64,000 nucleotides of DNA from the human T2T-CHM13v2.0 reference genome, Homo sapiens, in assembly GCF_009914755.1 (NCBI RefSeq), contig NC_060940.1; one strand, written 5' to 3'. Shown here piece after piece: positions 30,605 through 42,840 of this stretch; position 1 is the stretch's first letter; each line of letters opens with the position of its first letter. Position numbers and translations under genes: made by a program. The notes below the pieces were generated by a model. It searched no databases and was not told where the DNA came from. It worked only from the letters and a program-made list of their open reading frames with translations.

Positions 30605-31335
30605 TCAGTGTTGTTTCCATTCGACTGTATTCCATGATGATTCCATTCGACTCCATTCGATTATGATTTCATTCAATTCCATTCAATAATGATTCCCTTC
30701 GAGTCCATTCGATGATTCCATTCGATTCCATTCAACGATGATTTGATTCGTGTCCATTCGATGATTCCATTGGATTCCATTCGATGATGATTCCATTCAA
30801 ATCCATTCGATAATTCAATTCAAGTCCATTCAATGATGATTCCAGTCGAATCCATTCAAAGATTCCATTCAGTTGCATTCGATGATTCCCTTAGATTCCA
30901 TTCGATGATTCCACTTGATTCCATTTACGATGATTCCATTCGATTCCATGTGATGATTCCATTCAATTCTATTCAATGATGTTTCCATTTGATTCCATTC
31001 GACCATGATTGCCTTTGATTCCATTCAATGATTCCATTCGTTTCCTTTTGATGATGATTCCGTTCGATTCCATTTGATGATTCCATTTGATTCCATTGGA
31101 TGAGTCCATTCGATTACATTCGATGATTATTCCATTCGAGTGCATTAGATGATTCCATTCGAGTCCATTCGATGATTCCATTCGATTCCATTCGATGTTG
31201 ATTCTGTTCAAATCCATTCGATGATTCCACTCGATTCCATTCGTTGACTCCATTTGATCCCATTCGATGATTTCCTTTGATTCCCTTTGATGATCATTCC
31301 ATTTGATTCAATTCGGTGATTTCATTTGATTCCAT
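30605..31335 (+). repeat. 731-bp sub-unit tandem duplication (junction near 30770)
   Basis: The 94-aa marker occurs at 30238 and 30969. The sequence jumps from unit position ~345 back to ~5725. Confidence 0.88.
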
Positions 31336-33295
31336 TCAGTGATGTTTCCATTCGACTCCATTCGATGATGATTCCATTCGACTCCATTCGATTATGATTT
31401 CATTCAATTCCATTCGATAATGATTCCCTTCGAGTCCATTCGATGATTCCATTCGATTCCATTCAACGATGATTTGATTCGTGTCCATTCGATGATTCCA
31501 TTTGATTCCACTTGATGATGATTCCATTCGAGTCCATTTGATGATTCCATTCAATTCCATTCTCCGATGATTTCTTTTGAGCCCATTCAATGCTTCCACT
31601 CGATTCCATATGATGATGACTCCATTCGATGGAATTCGATGATGATTCCATTCGCTTGCGTTCGATGATGATTCCATTCGATTCCATCCGATGATGATTG
31701 GATTCGATTCCATTTGATGATTTCATTTGATTCCATTCGTTAATGATTTCGATCAACTCCATTCGATGATTCCATTTGATTCCATTCGATAATGATTACA
31801 TCCGAGTCCATTCGATGATTCCATTTGAGCCCGTTCGATAATTCCATTTGAGTCCAATCAATGATTCCATTCATTTCCATTCAATGATTCCATTCGAGTC
31901 CATTTGATCATTCTGGTAGGGTCCGTTCGATGTTGATTCCATTGGAGTGCATTCGATGATTCCATTCGACTCCATTTTATGATTTGATTCGAGTCCTTTC
32001 GATGATTCCATTCGATTCCACTCGATGATGATTTCATTCGAGTCCATTCGACACTTCCAATCGATTCCATTTGATGTTTCCATTCGAGTGCAATTGATGA
32101 TTCAATTCCATTCGATGATGATTCCGTACGATTCCATTCTGTGATGATTCCATGTGATTGCATTCAATGATGATTCCTTTCGATTGCATTCGATTGTGAT
32201 TCATTTCGTGTTCATTCTATGGTTCCACAGGTTTCCATTCGTGTCCATTCCATTATTCCATTCTATTCCATTTCATGATGACTCCATTCGATTCCATTCA
32301 TTGGTGATTCCACTCAATTCCATTCAATGATTCCATTCCATTTCTTTCAACAATGATTCCATTAGTTTCTAATCGATGATCCACTTGATTCCATTTGATG
32401 ACGATTCCATTCTTGTCCATTCGATGATTCCATTTGATTCCATATGATGATGATTCCATTCGATTCCATACGATGATGATTCCATTCGAGTCCATTCAAT
32501 GGTGATTCCATTCAATTCCATTCCATGATTCCTTTTGATTCCATTCGATGATGATGGCATTCGATTCCTTTCAATCATTCCCTTTGATTCCATTCAAAGG
32601 TGATTTCATTCAAGTCCATTCGATAATAGCATTCGATTCCATTCTATGATGATTCCATTCGAGTGCATTTGATGATTCCATTCAATTCAAGTCAATGATG
32701 ATTCCATTCGATTCCATTCGATGATTCCATTGGATTCCATTCGATGATGATTCCATTCAAATCCATTCGATAATTCAATTCAAGTCCATTCGATGATGAT
32801 TCCAATCGAATCCATTCAAAGATTCCATTCAGTTCCATTCGATGATAACCTTAGATTCCATTCGATGATTCCACTTGTTTCCATTTACGATGATTCCATT
32901 CGATTCCATGTGATGATTCCATTCAATTCTATTCAATGATGTCTCCATTTGATTCCATTCGACCATGATTGCCTTTGCTTCCATTCAATGTTTCCATTCG
33001 GTTCCTTTTGATGATGATTCCATTCGATTCCATTTGATGATTCCATTTGATTCCATTGGATGAGTCCATTCGATTACATTCGATGATTATTCCATTTGAG
33101 TGCATTAGATGATTCCATTCGAGTCCATTCGATGATTCCATTCGATTCCATTCGATGTTGATTCTGTTCAAGTCCATTCGATGATTCCACTGGATTCCAT
33201 TCGAGGACTCCAGTTGATCCCATTCGATGATTTCCTTTGATTCCCTTTGATGATCATTCCATTTGATACAATTCGGTGATTTCATTTGATTCCAT
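31336..33295 (+). repeat. Truncated unit, 1,960 bp (~4,147-bp deletion near 31675, plus -5 bp)
   Basis: After cgcttgcgttcgatgatg the sequence continues at unit position ~4670 (gattggattcg). Offsets run 31152 -> 27005 -> 27000. Confidence 0.88.
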
Positions 33296-36200
33296 TCAGT
33301 GATGTTTCCATTCGACTCCATTCGATGATGATTCCATTCGACTCCATTCCATTATGATTTCATTCAATTCCATTCGATAATGATTCCCTTCGAGTCCATT
33401 CGATGATTCCATTCGATTCCATTCAACGATGATTTGATTCGTGTCCGTTCGATGATTCCATTTGATTCCACTTGATGATGATTCCATTCGAGTCCATTTG
33501 ATGATTCCATTCAATACCATTCTCCGATGATTTCTTTTGAGCCCACTCAATGCTTCCACTCGATTCCATATGATGATGACTCCATTCGATGAAATTCGAT
33601 GATGATTCCATTCGCTTGCTTTCGATGATGATTCCACTTGAGTCCGTTAGAAGATTCTATTCAATTACATTCCATGATGATTCCGTTCGAGTCCATTTGA
33701 TGATTCCATTAGACTCCATTCGACGATGATTCCATTCGATGTTATTCGATGATTCCATTCGATCTCATTCGATGATGATTCCATTCAACTCCATTCGATG
33801 TTTCCATTCGAGTTCATTCTATTATTCCATTAGATTCCATTCGATGATTATTCCATTCGATTCCGTTTGATGATTGCATTCTATTTCATTTGATGATGAT
33901 TCCATTTGAGTCCACTCAATGATTCCATTCGAGTCCATTTAATGAATCCATTGGTTTCAATTCTATGATGATTACATTGGATTCCATTCGTTGATGATTT
34001 CATTCGGTTCCATTCAATGATGATTCCATTCAATTCCTTTCAATGTTTCCATTCAATTCCATACGATGATTCCATTTGATTTGATTCGACAGTGAGCCAT
34101 TCGATTCAATTCCATGATGATTCTATTTTATTCAATTGGTTGACATTTCCATTCGATTCCATTCGATGATGATTCCCTTTGATTCCATTCAAAGATGATT
34201 CCATTCTAGCCCATTCAATCATTCCATTCGATTCTATTCAATGATGATTCCATTCATGTCGATTTGGTGATTCCATTTGACTTCATTTGATGATGATTCC
34301 TTTCAAGTTCATTAGATGATTCCATTCGATTCCATTTGATGATGATTCCATTCCATTCCATTCAATGATTCCATTCGATTCCGTTTGATGATGATTTCAT
34401 TCGAGTCCATTTGATGATTACTTTTGATTATATTTGGTGATGATTCCATTGGAGTCCATTCAATGATTCCATTCGATTCCAATCGATGATGATTCCATTA
34501 GAGTCCATTTAATGATTGCATTTGATTCCAGTCTCTGATGATTACATTCGAGTCCAAACGATGATTCCACTCAATTCCATATGATGATGATTCCATTCGA
34601 TTCCATTCGTTGATTCCATTCTATTCTATTCAATGGTGATTCCATTCGAGTACATTAGATGATTCCATTCGATTCCATTCAATGATGATTCTATTTGTGT
34701 CCCTTAGATGGTTCCACATGATTCCATTACATGATGATACTCTTTGAGCCCATCCAATGATTCCCTTAGATTCCATTCGATGAGGATTCCATTCGATTCA
34801 ATTCATTGGTGATTCTATTCAATTCAATTCTTTGATTCCATTCCATTCCATTCGACAATGATTCCATTCGATTTCTTTCGATGATTCCACTCGATTCCAC
34901 TTGACATTGATTCCATTCGATTCCATTCAATGATTCCGTTTGATTCCAGTGGATGATGATTGCCATCGATTCCATTCGATCACTCCATTCTATTCCATTT
35001 GATGATGATTACATTCGATTCCATTTGATGATTCCATCTGATTCTATTCGAGGATTCCATTTGATTCCATTCGATAATGATTACATCCGAGTCCATTCAA
35101 TGATTCCTTTTGAGCCCGTTCGATAATTCCATTTGAGTCCAATCAATGATTCCATTCATTTCCATTCAATGATTCCATTCGAATCTATTCCATGATGATT
35201 CCTTGCGATTCCATTCGCTGATGTTTCCGTTCAATTCCATTCGATGATGATTCCATTCGATTCCATTCATTGAGGATTCTATTTGATTCCATTCAATGAT
35301 GATTCCATTCTATTCCATTCAATGATTGCCTTCAATTCCATTCAATGATTATCCCCTTAGAGTAAACTCAACGATTCCATTCAATACCATTCGATGATGA
35401 TTCCTTTTGAGTCCATTCAATGATTTCATTCAAGTCCATTTGATGATTCCTTTCAATTCCATTCTATGATGATTCCATTCGAGTCCATTCGATGATTCCA
35501 TTCGATTGCATTCGATGATTCCATTATATTCCATTCAACGATGATTCCATTCGAGTCCATTCGATGATTCCATTAGAGTACATTTAATGATTGCTTTGTT
35601 TTCAATTCGAAGATGATTACATTGGATTCCATTCTATGATACCATTCGATTCCATTCAATGATGATTCCACTCAAATCCATTGGATGATTCCATTCGTGT
35701 CCATTCGGTGATTTCATTAGATTCCATTCGAGGATGATTCCATTCGATTCCATTCGATGATTCCATTCAATTCCATTCGATGATGATTCCATTCCAGTCC
35801 ATATGATCATTCCATTTGATTTCATTCGATGATGATTCCATTCGATTCCATTCGATGATTCCATTCTATTCCATTCGATGATGATTCCATTCGAGTCCAT
35901 TCGATGATTCCATTCGAGTCCATTTAATGATTCCATTGGGTTCAATTCAATGATGATTACATTGGATTCCGTTCTACGATTCCATTCAATTCCGTTCATT
36001 GACAATTTGATTCCATTCGATGATGATTCCATTTGAGTTTATTCGATGATTCTATTCGATTCTCTTCGATGGTGATTCAATTCTATTATATTTGATGATT
36101 CCATTCGATTCCATTTGATGTTGATTCAATTCGATTCTATTCGATGATGATTCCATTGGATTTCACTTGATGATTCTATTCGATTCCATTCAAAGATGAT

Positions 36201-38785
36201 TCACTTCTCGTCCATTGGATGATTCCATTTCATTCCATTCGATGATGATTCCATTCGATTCCATTCGATGATTCCATTTGATTCCATGCGTCGGTGAGCA
36301 ATTCGATTCAATTCCATGATGATTCTATTTGATTCAATTAGATGATGTTTCCATTCGAATCCATTCCATGATTATTCCATTGGAATCCATTCGGCGATGA
36401 TTCCATATGAGTCAATTCAATGATGATTCCATATGGGTCCGTTCGATGATAATTCCATTTGATTTCATTCGGTGCTTCTATTCAATTCCAGTCGATGATG
36501 ATTCCGTTGGAGTCCATACGATGATTCCATTTGATTTCATTTGATGATGATTCCATTCGATGATGATTACATTGGATTCCATTCTATGATTCCATTCAAT
36601 TCCATTCGTTGATGATTCGATTCCATTCAATGATGATTCCATTTGAGTTCATTCGATGATTCTATTCGATTCCGTTCGATGGTGATTCAATTCTCTTATA
36701 TTGGATGAATCCACTCGATTCCATTTGATGATTATTCCATTGGAGTCCACTTAGTGAATCCTTCAGATTCTACTCGAAGATGATTCCATTCGAGTCCCTT
36801 CGATGATACCATTCAATTCCATTCGTTGATGCTTCCATTCAAGTGCATTCGATGATATCATTCGATTCCATTTGATGATAATTCCATTTGATTCCATGCG
36901 ATGATTCTATTCGATTCCATTCAATGATAATTCCATTCAGTTCAGTGATTCCTCTGGACTCCATTTGATGATGATTCCATTCAATGATTCCATTCGATTC
37001 TATTCGAAAATGATTCCATTTGAATCCATTTGATGATGATTCCATTAGATTCCATTTGATGATTCCATTCGATTCCATGCGACGATGATTCCATTCGATT
37101 CCATGTGATGATTCCATTCTATTCTATTCGATGATGATTCCATTCGATTCCATTCGATGATGATTGGATTCGATTCCATTTGATGATTTCATTTGATTCC
37201 ATTCGTTAATGATTTCGATCAATTCCATTCGATGATTCCATTCGATTCCATTCGATAATGATTACATCCGTGTCCATTCAGTGATTCCATTTGAGCCTGT
37301 TCGATAATTCCATTTGAGTCCAACCAATGATTCCATTCATTTCCATTCAATGATTCCATTCGAGTCCATTTGATCATTCCGGTAGGGTCCATTCGATGTT
37401 GATTCCATTGGAGTGCATTCGATGATTCCATTCGAGTCCATTTTAGGATTTGATTCGAGTCCTTTCGATGATTCCATTCGATTCCACTCGATGATGATTT
37501 CATTCGAGTCCATTCGACACTTCCAATCGATTCCATTTGATGTTTCCATTCGAGTCCAATTGATGATTCCATTCAATTCCATTCGATGATGATTCCGTAC
37601 GATTCCATTCTGTGATGATTCCATGTGATTGCATTCAATGATGATTCCTTTCGATTGCATTCGATTATGATTCATTTCGTGTTCATTCTATGGTTCCACA
37701 GGTTTCCATTCGATGACGTTTCCGTTCGTGTCCATTCCATTATTCCATTCTATTTCATTTGATGATGATTCCATTCGATTCCATTCATTGGTGATTCCAC
37801 TCAATTCCATTCAATGATTCCATTCCATTTCTTTCAACAATGATTCCATTAGTTTCTATTCGATGATCCACTTGATTCCATTTGGCGATGATTCCATTCG
37901 TGTCCATTCGATGATTCCATTTGATTCCATATGATGATGATTCCATTCGATTCCATACCATGATGATTCCATTCGAGTCCATTCAATGGTGATTCCATTC
38001 AATTCCATTCGATGATTCCTTCTGATTCCATTCGATGATGATGGCATTCGATTCCTTTCAATCATTCCCTTTGATTCCATTCAAAGGTGATTTCATTCAA
38101 GTCCATTCGATAATTGCATTCGATTCCATTCTATGATGATTCCATTCGAGTCCATTTGATGATTCCATTCAATTCAAGTCAATGATGATTCCATTCAATT
38201 CCACTCGATGATTCCATTGGATTCCATTCGATGATGATTCCATTCAAATCCATTCGATAATTCAATTCAAGTCCATTCGATGATGATTCCAATCGAATCC
38301 ATTCAAAGATTCCATTCAATTCCATTCGATGATGATTCCCTTAGATTCCATTCGATGATTCCACTTGATTCCATTTACGATGATTCCATTCGATTCCATG
38401 TGATGATTCCATTCAATTCTATTCAATGATGTTTCCATTTGATTCCATTGGACCATGATTGCCTTTGATTCCATTCAATGATTCCATTCGGTTCCATTTG
38501 ATGATGATTCCGTTCGATTCCATTTCATTATTCCATTTGATTCCATTGGATGAGTCCATTCGATTACATTCGATGATTATTCCATTCGAGTGCATTAGAT
38601 GATTGCATTCGAGTCCATTCGATGATTCCATTCGATTCCATTCGATGTTGATTCTGTTCAAATCCATTCGATGATTCCACTCGATTCCATTCGATGACTC
38701 CATTTGATCCCATTCGATGATTTCCTGTGATTCCCTTTGATGATCATTCTATTTGATTCAATTCGGTGATTTCATTTCATTCCAT
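33296..38785 (+). repeat. Rearranged unit, 5,490 bp (-3, -49, -72, net -517 complex event, +16, +3)
   Basis: Offsets to copy 1 run 33112 -> 32988 -> 32471 -> 32487 -> 32490. Confidence 0.85.
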
Positions 38786-39004
38786 TCAGTGATGTTTCCA
38801 TTCGACTGTATTCCATGATGATTCCATTCGACTCCATTCGATTATGATTTCATTCAATTCCATTCAATAATGATTCCCTTCGAGTCCATTCGATGATTCC
38901 ATTCGATTCCATTCAACGATGATTTGATTCGTTTCCATTCGATGATTCCATTGGATTCCACTTGATGATGATTCCATTCGAGTCCATTTGATGATTCCAT
39001 TCGA

Positions 39005-40833
39005 GTCTATTTATGTATTATATTCGTGTCCACTTCATGATTCCATTCAATTCCATTTAATGTTGATTCCATTTGATTCCATTTGATGATTCAGTTCGAT
39101 TCCTTGCAATGATTCCCTACGATTCCTTTCTCTGATGATTCCATTCGATTCCATTCATTGATGATTTCATTCGACTCCATTCGATGATGATTCCTTTCGA
39201 TTCCATTTGACGATGTTTCCATTCGAGTCCATTCGATGATGATTCTATTCAATTCTGTTCTATTATGATTCCATTCGATTTCATTCAATGCTTCTATTTG
39301 ATTCCATTCGATGATGATTCCATCTCTTTCCCTTCGATGATTCCATTTGATTCCATTCAGTGATGATTCCATTTGATTCCATCTGATGATGATTTCACTT
39401 GATTCCTTTCAATGATGATTCAATTCAAGTCCATTCGATGATTCCATTGGAGTCCAAACGATCATTCCGTTCGATTCCATTCAATGGTGATTCCATTCAT
39501 GTCCATTCGATGAATCCATTCAATTCCATTCGATGATGACTCCATTCGAGTACATTCGATGATTCCATTTGATTCCATTGGAAGATGATTCCATTCAATT
39601 CCATTCGAAGATGATTCCATTCAATTCCATTCGATGATGATTCCGTATGAATCCATTCTCTGATTATTCCATTCGATTCCATTCATTGACGATTCCATTC
39701 AATTCCATTCAATGATGATTCTCTTCTATTCCATTCGATGATTCCGGTCGATTCCATTCGATGATGATTCCATTAGATTCCATTCGATTGTTGCATTCGA
39801 TTCCCTTCGATGATGATTCCTTTGAATTCCATTCGATTATCATTCCGTATGAATCCATTTGATGATTATTCCATTGGATTCCTTTCGATGATGATTCCAT
39901 TCGATTCCATTTGATGATGTTTCTCTTGTATTCCATTGGATAATTCCTTTCAGTTCCCTTCGATGATTATTCTTTCGAGTCAATTCGATGATTCTATTCC
40001 ATTCCCTTCGATGATGATTCCATTTCACTCCATTGGATGATTCCATTCGACTCAATTTGGTGATGATTCAATTCGATGACATTCGATGACTCCATTCAAT
40101 TTCATTTGATGATGATTACATTCGAGTCCATTTGATGATTGTATTCCTTTCCTTTTGATGATTATTCCATTCGTGTCTATAAAAAGGTTCCATTCTATTC
40201 CATTCAATGATGATTGCATTTGATTCCATTCAATGATTATGGATATCGATTCCACTCGTTGATTCCATTTGATTCCGTTCGATGATTATTCCGTTAGATT
40301 CCATTAGAAGACTCCATTCGATTTTATTCAATGATTCCAATGGATTCCATTCAATGATGATTCCATTCGACTCCATTCAGTGATTCCATTCGAGTCCATT
40401 TGATGATTCCATTCTTTTCCATTTGATGATGATTCCATTAGGGTCCATTCAATGATTCCATTCGAGTCCATTCGTTAATGCCTTTCGAGTCCTTTTGATC
40501 ACTACATTCGAGTCCATTCAATGATTCTATTCGATTCCATTCCATGATGATTCCATTCGAGTTCATTCGATGATTGCATTCGAGTCCATTTGATGATTCC
40601 ATATGATTCCCTTCGACAATGATTCCATTCGTGTCCATTTGATGATTCCATTCATTTCCTATCGATGAAGATTCCATTCAAGTGTATTCGATGATTCCAT
40701 TCAAATCCATTCGATGATGATTCCATTCCAGTCCATTCGATCATTCCACTTGATTCCATTTGATGACTATTCCATTCAAATCCATTTGATGATTCCATTC
40801 GATTCCATTCGATGTTACCATTCGAGTATATAC
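39005..40833 (+). repeat. Divergent HSat2 segment that does not belong to the 6.1-kb unit
   Basis: It has unique motifs (gagtctatttatgtattatattcg, catctctttccc, gtgtctataaaaaggttcc, ggatatcgat). Its ORF translations (39091-40677) have no counterpart elsewhere in the window. Confidence 0.85.
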
Positions 40834-42840
40834 GATGATTCCACTCGATTCCATTTGATGATTATTCCATTGGAGTCCACTTAGTGAATCCTTTAGATTC
40901 TACTCGAAGATGATTCCATTCGAGTCCATTCGATGATACCAATCAATTCCATTCGTTGATGCTTCCATTCAAGTGCATTCGATGATATCATTCGATTCCA
41001 TTTGATGATAATTCCATTTGATTCCATGCGATGATTCTATTCGATTCCATTCAATGATAATTCCATTCAATTCAGTGATTCCTCTGGACTCCATTTGATG
41101 ATGATTCCATTCAATGATTCCATTCGATTCTATTCGAAAATGATTCCATTTCAATCCATTTGATGATGATTCCATTGGATTCCATTTGATGATTCCATTC
41201 GATTCCATTCGATGATGATTCCATTCGATTCCTTTTGATGAATCCATTCTATTGTATTCGATGATGATTCCATTCGATTCCATTCGATGATGATTGGATT
41301 CGATTCCATTTGATGATTTCATTTGATTCCATTCGATAATGATTTCGATCAATTCCATTCGATGATTCCATTCGATTCCATTCGATAATGATTACATCCG
41401 AGTCCATTCGATGATTCCATTTGAGCCCGTTCGATAATTCCATTTCAGTCCAAACAATGATTCCATTCATTTCCATTCAATGATTCCATTCGAGTCCATT
41501 TGATCATTCCGGTAGGGTCCGTTCGATGTTGATTCCATTGGAGTGCATTCGATGATTCCATTCGAGTCCATTTTAGGATTTGATTCGAGTCCTTTCGATG
41601 ATTCCATTCGATTCCACTCGATGATTTCATTCGAGTCCATTCGACACTTCCAATCGATTCCATTTGATGTTTCCATTCGATTCCAATTGATGATTCCATT
41701 CCATTCCATTCGATGATGATTCCGTACGATTCCATTCTGTGATGATTCCATGTGATTGCATTCAATGATGATTCCTTTCGATTGCATTCGATTATGATTC
41801 ATTTCGTGTTCATTCTATGGTTCCACAGGTTTCAATTCGATGATGTTTCCATTCGTGTCCATTCCATTATTCCATTCTATTCCATTTGATGATGATTCCA
41901 TTCGATTCCATTCATTGGTGATTCCACTCAATTCCATTCAATGATTCCATTCCATTTCTTTCAACAATGATTCCATTAGTTTCTATTCGATGATCCACTT
42001 GATTCCATTTGACGATGATTCCATTCGTGTCCATTCGATGATTCCATTTGATTCCATATGATGATGATTCCATTCGATTCCATACCATGATGATTCCATT
42101 CGAGTCCATTCAATGGTGATTCCATTCAATTCCATTCGATGATTCCTTTCGATTCCATTCAATGATGATGGCATTCGATTCCTTTTGATCATTCCCTTTG
42201 ATTCCATTCAAAGGTGATTTCATTCAAGTCCATTCGATAATTGCATTCGATTCCATTCTATGATGATTCCATTCGAGTCCATTTGATGATTCCATTCAAT
42301 TCAAGTCAATGATGATTCCATTCGATTCCACTCGATGATTCCATTGGATTCCATTCGATGATGATTCCATTCAAATCCATTCGATAATTCAATTCAAGTC
42401 CATTCGATGATGATTCCAATCGAATCCATTCAAAGATTCCACTCAATTCCATTCGATGATGATTCCCTTAGATTCCATTCGATGATTCCACTTGATTCCA
42501 TTTACGATGATTCCATTCGATTCCATGTGATGATTCCATTCAATTCTATTCAATGATGTTTCCACTTGATTCCATTCGAACATGATGGCCTTTGATTCCA
42601 TTCAATGATTCCATACGGTTCCATTTGATGATGATTCCATTCGAGTGCATTAGATGATTCCATTCGAGTCCATTCGATGATTCCATTCGATTCCATTCGA
42701 TGTTGATTCTGTTCAAATCCATTCGATGATTCCATTCGATTCCATTCGATGACTCCATTTGATCCCATTCGATGATTTCCTTTGATTCCCTTTGATGATC
42801 ATTCCATTTGATTCAATTCGGTGATTTCATTTGATTCCAT
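40834..42840 (+). repeat. Diverged 3' third of a unit (unit positions ~4234-6295; -3, +16, +3, -72)
   Basis: The unit resumes at ccactcgattccatttgatgattattccattggagtccacttagtg. Offsets run 36601 -> 36545. Confidence 0.85.

Noticed and set aside
39005-40833. Transposon insertion (Alu/L1) as the source of the unique island
   Set aside because: The island is itself CATTC satellite. It has no poly(A) tail (only a short A run near 40180) and no recognisable TE sequence.
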